Shown here: positions 1-7,072 of the stretch, piece after piece | Numbering within the stretch: position 1 is the first letter of the stretch | How the letters are laid out: each line of letters starts with the position of its first letter | From: a virus | Lineage: Duplodnaviria > Heunggongvirae > Uroviricota > Caudoviricetes | Direction: 5' to 3' (one strand) | Virus record (IMG/VR): IMGVR_UViG_3300029288_004479 | DNA length: 14,630 bases | Notes under the pieces: generated by a model | Databases searched by the model: none | The model's input: only the letters and a program-made list of their open reading frames with translations | Told to the model about the DNA's origin: nothing | Translations under genes and position numbers: made by a program

Positions 1-54
1 TCGATATACCAATTTTATTACTATTAGGGTTTGGAGGAGGGTCAACAAAAGCGA

Positions 55-888
55 ATGCCAGTTGACGCAACAGCAATCATAGGTCTTCTTATAGGGTTCC
101 TTGTCGTAGGCGTGATAGGGGTATATGTGGGAGATCAGATGGTAAGTGCAGCAAACTTATCAGCAACAAACACATATACAACAGGAAACACCGAAGTTAC
201 AACTACTTCTTCATGGACAATTCCAGCCAACGTATACTCTATTGATCTTATCGTCATAGGGTCAGGTGGTGGTGGAGGTTCAGGTACAAACTCAACCGAG
301 AAAGGTGGTGGCGCTGGTGGAGCCGGTACAGCATCAACGTATACGGGAATATCTACAACACCGGGCGGTTCAGTAGCAATCGTCATTGGAGCCGTAGGTA
401 CAGGGGGAACAGATGGTAACGGCACAGCAGGAGCGGCCTCGTCCGCGACAGTAGGTGCAACGCCATACACAGGAGCAGGTGGATCAAAAGGTATTAACGG
501 TACAAGTGCAACCATAAACGGTGCTAATGGTGCTGCCGGATACGGTGCAACAGGATCATCAGGTACGGCAACAGCAGGTACGGGAGTAGTGACTCCGGGT
601 ACAGCAGGCACAGTAGGAACCGGTCGGGGTGCAGGTGGCCCGGGTGGTGGTATGGGAGCAGCAGGGTCTGACGGATCTGGTGGTAACGGTGCCGCAGGTG
701 CCGTAGAGATCACGTATTACACGACAACAGGAACTGTTGATCCATTGTATGCATCACAACAGAGTGTAGTTAGTACATTCCAGTTAGGTGTAATATTATG
801 TAAGATCATTGTTATCGTATCAATAGCAAGTATAGTATTTGTACTCCTTCAGAAGACCGGACTGATTCCACGGTTTGGAGAAAGGTAA
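55..888 (+). CDS. Putative virion structural protein: two hydrophobic helices (spindle-shaped-virus capsid-like architecture) flanking a Gly/Thr-rich domain
   Basis: The track starts at TTG 31, but ATG 55 downstream of GGAGGAGG is more likely. N-terminal AIIGLLIGFLVVGVIGVYVG and C-terminal FQLGVILCKIIVIVSIASIVFVLL hydrophobic segments. The central VYSIDLIVIGSGGGGGSG...GGGAGGAG...GAAGAVEITY segment is typical of phage glycine-rich domains. Four N-X-S/T sequons. The capsid assignment is inference. Confidence 0.6.
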   Translation: MPVDATAIIGLLIGFLVVGVIGVYVGDQMVSAANLSATNTYTTGNTEVTTTSSWTIPANVYSIDLIVIGSGGGGGSGTNSTEKGGGAGGAGTASTYTGISTTPGGSVAIVIGAVGTGGTDGNGTAGAASSATVGATPYTGAGGSKGINGTSATINGANGAAGYGATGSSGTATAGTGVVTPGTAGTVGTGRGAGGPGGGMGAAGSDGSGGNGAAGAVEITYYTTTGTVDPLYASQQSVVSTFQLGVILCKIIVIVSIASIVFVLLQKTGLIPRFGER

Positions 889-918
889 CTTAAAAAGTTA
901 CTTACATTAACCTTTTTT
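863..918 (+). repeat. Copy 1 of a ~57-bp imperfect direct repeat (gene 3' end + hairpin + T-tract, likely terminator)
   Basis: tgattccacggtttggagaaaggtaacttaaaaagttacttacattaacctttttt; 48 of 59 aligned columns match 1301-1359; inverted repeat GTAACTT/AAGTTAC at 885-901, then a T6 tract. Confidence 0.85.
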
Positions 919-970
919 AGTAATCGTGCAAAATAGCAAATATTACTTCCTTTTATTATAGATAAGGCAG

Positions 971-1284
971 CAAGAAAACCCCTGTTTTTAAACAGGGGAT
1001 GAATTGCGTTAACCCAAACAAATAAATCTGAACGCATTGAAACTATGAGTGACCATACAATGTTGAATTGTATGTGTGTTGCTCTCACAACAAGATTGTG
1101 CGAACACAATGTAGCTGGTGATTCTCCCGCAAACGAGATAGTCAGTAGTGGCCGTTTCAACCGGCCTGTGAGAATAAGGTTGGCTTTCGAGCCGACAAAC
1201 TTCTCCAAAGTAATTAGAACGAGATGTGTTGTTCACCAGAACGACCTCACGCTCAATCCTCCCATTTTAACGGGAGGTAGTTGA
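971..1284. mobile_element. Non-autonomous IS200/IS605-family element with no transposase or nuclease ORF and a structured-RNA interior
   Basis: Subterminal hairpins at both ends: caagaaaaCCCCTGTTT-tt-AAACAGGGGatgaattgc (979-998) and CCTCCC-attttaac-GGGAGGtagttga (1258-1284). On the minus strand these read TCAACTACCTCCC...GGGAGG and GCAATTCATCCCC...GGGGTTTTCTTG, matching IS200/IS605 end patterns as I recall them from IscB-type elements. Exact boundaries are uncertain by a few nt. Confidence 0.7.
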
Positions 1285-1326
1285 ATACAGAGGAATGGGT
1301 TGATTCCACGTTCTGGAGACGATTAG
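1285..1326 (+). pseudogene. Remnant 3' end of a paralogue of the 55-888 gene
   Basis: ata cag agg aat ggg ttg att cca cgt tct gga gac gat tag = IQRNGLIPRSGDD*, versus LQKTGLIPRFGER* at the end of 55-888. Confidence 0.7.
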
Positions 1327-1359
1327 TGACTTAAAAAGTTACCTATATTAACCTTTTTT
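1301..1359 (+). repeat. Copy 2 of the ~57-bp repeat (hairpin + T-tract terminator)
   Basis: tgattccacgttctggagacgattagtgacttaaaaagttacctatattaacctttttt; hairpin GTGACTT/AAGTTAC is retained with one G.U pair. Confidence 0.85.
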
Positions 1360-1366
1360 GAGAAAG

Positions 1367-1398
1367 TATATATCTGCAAGCGATTAAACATATATCTG
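1367..1398 (+). promoter_or_regulatory. Putative archaeal promoter with TATATATCTG motif (two copies)
   Basis: TATATATCTGCAA at 1367-1379 and ATATATCTG at 1390-1398, upstream of the operon starting at 1445; the same 13-mer recurs at 11020. Confidence 0.5.
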
Positions 1399-1444
1399 AT
1401 TGCTATAATGTAGCAAATCAGAAAGATGGTGGTCAGAAACAAAC

Positions 1445-2227
1445 ATGCCAAAAAAGAATGTATTAAATGACTGGGTTCTCCCATCAAAGTTTGAAGACCG
1501 GAAGAACGTACCGCTTGTAGACCTTACAACGGATTATTCATTTTATCCAAGAAAAACTGTGAATCAGGACAAGATTGACGAATACACGAAACTTGTCAAA
1601 AAGGGGCACGAGTTCCCGCCCATTGATGTTATTAATGTCGATGGTATCCTTAAGGTTTACGACGGATTCATGCGTTTTTCAGCATACCAGTCAGCTAACC
1701 GCACAACGATTAACTGTCGTGTAGTTAAAGGAACAAAACAGGATGCGTTACGGTTTGCAGCAAATAGCAATCTCGGTCGCAAAAAAGATCAGGGACTTCC
1801 ACGGAACAAAGATGATGTCGAGAAGATCGTCAGGAGTTTCCTGTGTGACGACATTCTTGGTAGTGCACCAAGTAAACTGATTAGTGATTGGGCACACGCA
1901 AACCCACAGGTTATTGCACGTATGCGCCCACCCGCAAGTGTTCGGGCATTAAGTCGGGGAAAACCGGGGGGTAGTTCCCCAAACTTGCCTGCATCTAGCC
2001 CTGTTGGTGTAACTGATGACGAAGGGTTAGATGCAGATCTCATAAAAAAACAGTTGTCATTAGAAGTAACAGATATCGTTGAACCGTCAAAGTCGGTTGA
2101 TGTCAAGGTTAGGTATAGCACATATGTGGTGCTGGAAGTAATCTTTAAGAAAACCCCCGGTCGTTGGGAAACTCTTGGCGACCTTGTAGAAGATCTTGCA
2201 ATACACAAACTAAAAACAATGGAGTGA
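1445..2227 (+). CDS. ParB/Srx-like N-terminal domain protein
   Basis: YPRKTVNQDKIDEY...EFPPIDV...KVYDGFMRFSAY (ParB DGxHR-like motif), followed by AANSN...GLPRNKDD...KIV and a probable HTH region. Confidence 0.75.
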   Translation: MPKKNVLNDWVLPSKFEDRKNVPLVDLTTDYSFYPRKTVNQDKIDEYTKLVKKGHEFPPIDVINVDGILKVYDGFMRFSAYQSANRTTINCRVVKGTKQDALRFAANSNLGRKKDQGLPRNKDDVEKIVRSFLCDDILGSAPSKLISDWAHANPQVIARMRPPASVRALSRGKPGGSSPNLPASSPVGVTDDEGLDADLIKKQLSLEVTDIVEPSKSVDVKVRYSTYVVLEVIFKKTPGRWETLGDLVEDLAIHKLKTME

Positions 2228-2236
2228 TGAAAAAAC

Positions 2237-3085
2237 ATGTTAACACAAATTGCAGAAATGCCGAACATCGGCAAGGAAATGATTACGCCCGGTCTTGCAC
2301 AGGCAATTCTTGGGTTGAACCACAGGAACCGTAAGATTGATCCGGATCGAGTAGATCATTTTGTTCGTCTTATCAAGACAAATCAATTTGACAACTCGGT
2401 TCCCGATCCGATTGTGATTGACAGGAACAACGTTCTCATTAACGGCCAGCACCGGCTGACCGCGATCAATAAATCGGGTGAATCAATTCCTATGTATGTC
2501 CAGCGTGGCAGTAACCACGACCTGATTCTCAACCTCGATCTTCAGAGGAAGAGGACTATCGGACAAGCCGCATACATTATGGAGAGCAACCACAACCAGT
2601 TCCACACCAAAATGGCGGCACTGATGTTCCAGATGTACGTTACCGAACTTAAGGGAGAACCGTTTACCAACATTAAACTCTCGGCAAAGGAAACCCTGAT
2701 GATTGCAGATAAGTTTACCAGCGGTATCAGGTTTGCAGAGAAGAGTTTCGGTCGGGCAACCGGCACGATTGGCCCGGTCAAAGCTGCACTTGCGCGTGCG
2801 TATTACGGAGAGACCGATAAAGACAAACTCTTTGAGTTCGGGCGGGTCTACAACACAGGGATGTATGATGCATCTATCGGTCAGGTTCCGGTAAAACTTG
2901 AGAAGTATGTTAACAGTATGTCGCGCAGTGCAAAGTATGATAAGAGCCGTGAGATTTATCTGGCGACAGAGTATGCGATCCGGCATTACATGCTTAACCG
3001 GCAGGTCAAGAAGATCAAACCGGCAGAAAAAGAATTATACCCTGCGGTTAATCAGATGTTTAAATCTCTGAACATCAAGATCTAA
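2237..3085 (+). CDS. ParB-like (DGQHR-type) domain protein of phage type
   Basis: ITPGLAQAIL..NHRNRKID..RV...DPIVIDRNNVLINGQHRLTAINKSG...YVQRG, the ITP/NR/DGQHRL pattern of phage ParB-like proteins. Confidence 0.75.
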   Translation: MLTQIAEMPNIGKEMITPGLAQAILGLNHRNRKIDPDRVDHFVRLIKTNQFDNSVPDPIVIDRNNVLINGQHRLTAINKSGESIPMYVQRGSNHDLILNLDLQRKRTIGQAAYIMESNHNQFHTKMAALMFQMYVTELKGEPFTNIKLSAKETLMIADKFTSGIRFAEKSFGRATGTIGPVKAALARAYYGETDKDKLFEFGRVYNTGMYDASIGQVPVKLEKYVNSMSRSAKYDKSREIYLATEYAIRHYMLNRQVKKIKPAEKELYPAVNQMFKSLNIKI

Positions 3086-3098
3086 TTTTTTTGATATT

Positions 3099-3374
3099 AT
3101 GGCTACGACAAGGATAGATTTACTTTCAAAAAAAGAGGATCAGTGTGATATGTGCAAATATTATGTTGCATTGAGCACCCTTGAGGGGTTTGAACAACAA
3201 CACCTTCTTGAACAAGAATCTTATGTTGGTAAGGATTATATAAATGATTATGGTAAGTGCCGACGCTATCCCCCATTATATCAACTTACCTATAAGAACA
3301 CACCGACATTTAAATTCCCAAGAATAAATGGATGTAACTGGTGCGGCGAGTTTAAAAGAAAGGAGGGTGAATGA
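3099..3374 (+). CDS. Small Cys-rich (probable metal-binding) viral protein
   Basis: CDMCKYY...GKCRRYPP...FPRINGCNWCGEFK; paralogous to 3836-4081. Confidence 0.75.
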   Translation: MATTRIDLLSKKEDQCDMCKYYVALSTLEGFEQQHLLEQESYVGKDYINDYGKCRRYPPLYQLTYKNTPTFKFPRINGCNWCGEFKRKEGE

Positions 3375-3454
3375 TAAACTTAAAAGTATTATCTGGACTT
3401 TTAATTTTATTATTTCTTGTACCCTGTGCGTCAGCGATGGAACAAATGAAATAA
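3371..3454 (+). CDS. Possible 27-aa ORF consisting of a signal-peptide-like sequence (not in the ORF track)
   Basis: ATG overlaps the previous TGA (ATGA) after GGAGG; MINLKVLSGLLILLFLVPCASAMEQMK*. Confidence 0.3.
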   Translation: MINLKVLSGLLILLFLVPCASAMEQMK

Positions 3455-3476
3455 CATGTAATGGTAGTTTACCACA

Positions 3477-3839
3477 ATGACCCCACAACAGCCCAACCCG
3501 TTGAGATGCGAGACATGCGAATTTGACCCATTGAAAAAAGGATTATCCTTTGAATCCTGTCCTTTGTGGGATCAAATCCCCTATGGACACGATGAGTTGT
3601 TTAGAGATGAGAGAATAAAACTTCTCGGACAGTTCCGCGTTACGACAAAGTATACGGGTTGCACCTCACATTCATCAATGGTAACCACCGAACAACGTAT
3701 TGAAGATGCAGTCGCGGAACTGGAACGAATCAGAAAACCAGATACACCAAGGTATGATCCATATGATAATGGGTGGGATACAGGATTTGAATGCGGGTGT
3801 AATCGGGCAATAAGTCTATTACAGGAGATTAAAAAATGA
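3477..3839 (+). CDS. Hypothetical protein with Cys cluster
   Basis: CETCEF...SCP...GCTSH; ATGA overlap with the next gene. Confidence 0.7.
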   Translation: MTPQQPNPLRCETCEFDPLKKGLSFESCPLWDQIPYGHDELFRDERIKLLGQFRVTTKYTGCTSHSSMVTTEQRIEDAVAELERIRKPDTPRYDPYDNGWDTGFECGCNRAISLLQEIKK

Positions 3840-4081
3840 GTCGTGAAACTACAGGGCCGGTTGGCGTAATCACGCACGGAAGACCAGAGGGAGAAAGTTG
3901 TGAGAACTGCTTTTACTGTCTTTCATATATAATTAGAGGATCTATTGGATTTAAACCTGCGAACATCGAGGTATTTGAATGTTGCAGGAATCCACCGGTT
4001 CAACCTTTTGATAACTGCGGATCATCGAAGTATCCCGAAACAAACGAAAATAACTGGTGTGGGGAGTGGAGGCATCGATGA
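3836..4081 (+). CDS. Small Cys-rich viral protein, paralogue of 3099-3374
   Basis: CENCFYC...ECCRNPP...YPETNENNWCGEWR. Confidence 0.75.
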   Translation: MSRETTGPVGVITHGRPEGESCENCFYCLSYIIRGSIGFKPANIEVFECCRNPPVQPFDNCGSSKYPETNENNWCGEWRHR

Positions 4082-4533
4082 CCAAAACTTCCCGGGATGT
4101 TGACAATCAGCAAAAAAAACAGCAATGCCATGCGACTGTATGTAAATTATATCCATCATGTGGGCGTTATAGTAATTATTTACCCCCCTGTGCCACAAAC
4201 GTTCCTGTAAAAAAACAGACATCTTCCGAATTACGCATGAACGAGGAACGAAGGGAATACAACATCTCGTTCAAAGAAGATCCATTACTTACGGCATTCG
4301 CTGAAGGTCAGAAATATGGGAGAGACGAAGAACGGAGGAGATTAAGAGATCTACTCAAAGCGATATTCAGTGATAAGGCAGAAACCGCAGATACATTGCT
4401 GCACGACCCCTTTACAAAATTGACCTCCAGAAGGACGTTAAAAATTCAAGGGACAACATTCGCTGAAGCAGTACTTATTGTTGAAGAATATTTAAGTGAA
4501 CAACACCAGCAAACATTTCTTAAAAAGGAGTAA
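4078..4533 (+). CDS. Hypothetical protein
   Basis: ATG 4078 overlaps the previous TGA and follows GGAGG, so it is preferred over the track's 4057 start; N-terminal C/H cluster, charged C-terminal part. Confidence 0.65.
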   Translation: MTKTSRDVDNQQKKQQCHATVCKLYPSCGRYSNYLPPCATNVPVKKQTSSELRMNEERREYNISFKEDPLLTAFAEGQKYGRDEERRRLRDLLKAIFSDKAETADTLLHDPFTKLTSRRTLKIQGTTFAEAVLIVEEYLSEQHQQTFLKKE

Positions 4534-4535
4534 AA

Positions 4536-5270
4536 ATGATACTTAAACAGATAACAATCACCGGTGCAGATGACGATACGGAACAAGACGATCTCTATTC
4601 TCTGTCAGAGAAATATCCATTTGTAGAATGGGGGATTCTGTGGTATCCTAAAAAGATGGGAGAACCACGGTATCCTACAAGTGGGTGGATAGGAAGATTC
4701 CTTAGCAAAAAACCGAAGAACGTATGTGTCTCACTTCATATCTGCGGGAGAGACGCAGTGGATTTTGGATATCGTATAGATGAATCTCCATTATGGGATT
4801 ATCTGATCAATGCAAACCGGGTTCAATTAAATTTCCCGTATAAAAAAGTGGATTTGGATACCGTTCTTGCGATGCTTCAACGAGGGAAATACGATCTACG
4901 GTATGCCATAAACCGATACCACGCCCTTGATCCCGGGCGGTATGTAATTATTCAGGCAAACGAAGGCAATAGAATCCTAAACGCATGTCTTGAAGATTAT
5001 CCCGCGATAGAATTTCTGTTTGACGAGTCAAGGGGTAATGGTGTAAGTATACGAGAATATCCGAAACCTATCGCGAGAAAACGCAATGGGTATGCTGGTG
5101 GAATAACACCGGATAATGTTCTGGCAGTTCTTCACGATCTAAAAAAAGTAGTTCCGGAATATGACGAGATTTGGCTTGATATGGAGTCCGGAGTTAGAAC
5201 GGATAATAAACTCGATCTTAAAAAAGTTAAATCTGTTCTGGCGGATGTTAATTCAAAAATAATACACTAA
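4536..5270 (+). CDS. Phosphoribosylanthranilate isomerase (TrpF)-like TIM-barrel protein, function unknown
   Basis: ITITGADD, VEWGIL, LHICG, RVQLN, FLFDESRGNG, YAGGITPDNV, WLDMESGVRT resemble the TrpF-like barrel family (AGGL.P.NV, D..SGV phosphate-binding end). Confidence 0.7.
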   Translation: MILKQITITGADDDTEQDDLYSLSEKYPFVEWGILWYPKKMGEPRYPTSGWIGRFLSKKPKNVCVSLHICGRDAVDFGYRIDESPLWDYLINANRVQLNFPYKKVDLDTVLAMLQRGKYDLRYAINRYHALDPGRYVIIQANEGNRILNACLEDYPAIEFLFDESRGNGVSIREYPKPIARKRNGYAGGITPDNVLAVLHDLKKVVPEYDEIWLDMESGVRTDNKLDLKKVKSVLADVNSKIIH

Positions 5271-5286
5271 AATGGAGTATTAAATT

Positions 5287-6066
5287 ATGGCAGAGAATTT
5301 ACCAGTAAAATGCACATTAAAAAAGCTCGGAAAAACATATAACCATCTCGGAAAGGAGATAATTACAGCAATTGTAATGGCAACTACGTTGTGTTTAGCC
5401 GCTCTTCCGGGAATGATCGTTGTGGCACTCGCAGTGTACGGGTATATCATTACCGTGGGTGTAGCAATGGCACCTTATCTACAGGTAGCACCACAGCCTT
5501 CTGTATCGCTTGTTTCAACGCAGTTTGTTGGATTTATGGCAACCCTCTTATTAGGTGCCGAACTCTTATGGGTTTGTGCAACAATAATGTATGTCTCTTT
5601 AATGTGGATCTACAAAAGAATGGGAATATTAGATCTGATTAATAAGATATCCGATTGGTGCGATGATTATTCTCCGATTACAAAAGCCGCAAAGGAAAAA
5701 GCAGAACTGGAAGATAAAACCCCCGAACTCATCGAAAAACCAACATATGATAACGCGTGGGCGAAATCAACACTTATTGAAGTTATATCAACGCCGGGGT
5801 TAGTGGCTCTCTTTGTAACACAAGTATTATTATTTGTTATTGCACGTTTAGGCATACAGACATTGATTACAGGAACTACAATGATTAAAATAATGTTAAT
5901 ATTTGCACCACAAACTCCTCCAGAAAGTATATCTGCGCTCTTTGTTGTTGTGGGTGCTGTGTTCATTGGTGTTGCAACGCTCCTTATTACAGAACCGTTA
6001 GTAAAATGTTTGTGCACGAACCTTAATGTAGACAAATTCGTCCAAGAACCGAGTGAGAATCAGTAA
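5287..6066 (+). CDS. Multi-pass membrane protein
   Basis: About four long hydrophobic segments in two pairs separated by a charged loop. Confidence 0.7.
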   Translation: MAENLPVKCTLKKLGKTYNHLGKEIITAIVMATTLCLAALPGMIVVALAVYGYIITVGVAMAPYLQVAPQPSVSLVSTQFVGFMATLLLGAELLWVCATIMYVSLMWIYKRMGILDLINKISDWCDDYSPITKAAKEKAELEDKTPELIEKPTYDNAWAKSTLIEVISTPGLVALFVTQVLLFVIARLGIQTLITGTTMIKIMLIFAPQTPPESISALFVVVGAVFIGVATLLITEPLVKCLCTNLNVDKFVQEPSENQ

Positions 6067-6102
6067 GGCTCATCAATAGCCCCTCTTTTTGCGGGGGAAT
6101 AG

Positions 6103-6110
6103 TTTATATA
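6103..6110 (+). promoter_or_regulatory. TATA box for the histone gene
   Basis: TTTATATA about 40 nt upstream of ATG 6149, with GAGGT RBS at 6135-6139. Confidence 0.55.
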
Positions 6111-6148
6111 CTACCTTATCATAAATGGTAATACGAGGTATTATATTT

Positions 6149-6496
6149 ATGGTATCAAAACCGGCAGAACTACCACTTGCACCAGTCAAGAGGGTATCGG
6201 AGAGTAGTGGAGTCCAGAGAATTGGGATTCCCGCCGTCGAGGTAATTGCGCTCGCGGCAAAAGAATGGATTAAGGAGATTACGACTAGTGCAGAGAAATA
6301 TGCGATCCATGCCGGTCGTAAAACAATAAAGCCAGAAGATATTCTTGTTGTCATTAAAGACAAGGGAATCACCGTTCAAATGCCAGCAAAGAAATCACGA
6401 AAATCATCTTCTTCTCAAAAGTCAGTTCAAAAGCCAGTAGCCGCACAACCCGCAGCGAAGCAGCCGGGTCAGCAGCCACAGCAACCCAAGCAGTGA
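6149..6496 (+). CDS. Archaeal histone (HMf-type fold) with ~40-aa basic low-complexity C-terminal tail
   Basis: ELPLAPVKRV...QRIG...AEKYAIHAGRKTIKPEDI aligns with HMfB ELPIAPIGRI...ERVS...AIKLARHAGRKTIKAEDI; start at 6149 is preferred over 6125 from TATA/RBS placement. Confidence 0.9.
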   Translation: MVSKPAELPLAPVKRVSESSGVQRIGIPAVEVIALAAKEWIKEITTSAEKYAIHAGRKTIKPEDILVVIKDKGITVQMPAKKSRKSSSSQKSVQKPVAAQPAAKQPGQQPQQPKQ

Positions 6497-6515
6497 TGGG
6501 GGTAAAACCCCATCA
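6494..6515 (+). other. Perfect 8-bp hairpin spanning the histone stop codon and the next start
   Basis: TGATGGGG-GTAAAA-CCCCATCA. Confidence 0.55.
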
Positions 6516-6790
6516 TGTTATCGGGTAACAGATATATTATATTTACACTCACAGAATTTCTCGGTGGGTTGTTATTATTTATCTTGGGTGTTTTGACGTT
6601 CCTTTCATCATTTACGATGAAATGTTCGGAAGCAGAGGTTATTACAGTCCAGATGGTATGTCTGATCATGATATATATCGGGGTACTTAAACTCGCTCCA
6701 TATGCAGACGAGTTTACTATGTGGGCGTATAATACAGGATCACAACATATATATGAATGGCAAACGAATAGGAAGAAGGACAAGAAATAA
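6515..6790 (+). CDS. Small two-TM membrane protein
   Basis: Two hydrophobic segments and a basic C-terminus. Confidence 0.6.
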   Translation: MLSGNRYIIFTLTEFLGGLLLFILGVLTFLSSFTMKCSEAEVITVQMVCLIMIYIGVLKLAPYADEFTMWAYNTGSQHIYEWQTNRKKDKK

Positions 6791-6803
6791 GTAAGCAAGC
6801 AGT

Positions 6804-6875
6804 GCTGGAGTAGGGTAGTGGTTATCCTTGGACATTTGGAGTGTTTAGACGCCGGTTCAATCCCGGCCTCCGGCA
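6804..6875 (+). tRNA. tRNA-Pro(TGG)
   Basis: Acceptor GCTGGAG/CTCCGGC, anticodon stem GGACA/TGTTT with loop TT-TGG-AG, T arm GCCGG-TTCAATC-CCGGC, A73, no encoded CCA. Confidence 0.8.
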
Positions 6876-6886
6876 TTTATTACAAC

Positions 6887-6958
6887 GTTGCTGTTGGGTA
6901 GTGGTTATCCTTGATGATCCGGAATCATCAGACGACAGTTCAAATCTGTCCAGCGACA
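6887..6958 (+). tRNA. tRNA-Pro(CGG), atypical (C33, U9)
   Basis: Acceptor GTTGCTG/CAGCGAC, anticodon stem GATGA/TCATC with loop TC-CGG-AA, T arm GACAG-TTCAAAT-CTGTC; D arm identical to the previous tRNA. Confidence 0.75.
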
Positions 6959-6979
6959 TTTCCTCAATGTGAGGAGCGA

Positions 6980-7052
6980 ACTCCCGTAGTCTAGCGGTCA
7001 AGGATGCCGGACTTTGAATCCGGCGGCGTCAGTTCGAATCTGTCCGGGAGTA
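6980..7052 (+). tRNA. tRNA-Gln(TTG)
   Basis: ACTCCCG/CGGGAGT with the archaeal Gln A1-U72 pair, CCGGA-CTTTGAA-TCCGG, one T-stem mismatch. Confidence 0.92.
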
Positions 7053-7072
7053 TCCCAAAAAAAGGGAAAAGA

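Noticed and set aside
135-713. 192-aa Pro/Ala-rich ORF on the minus strand
   Set aside because: Antisense shadow of the Gly/Thr-rich codons of 55-888; the same applies to the other minus-strand ORFs overlapping + genes
920-961. Weak similarity to 811-852 (gtaatcgtgcaaaatagcaaatat versus gttatcgtatcaatagcaagtat), a possible further piece of the decayed paralogue
   Set aside because: About 18 of 24 matches with a gap in AT-rich sequence, then the similarity collapses; not distinguishable from chance by eye
849-1284. ORFs 849-1208(-), 1009-1236(-) and 1045-1284(+)
   Set aside because: No recognisable motifs; they overlap the hairpin-dense IS-like element. The in-frame position of 1045-1284 with the IQRNGLIP remnant looks coincidental, so TGA read-through is not claimed.
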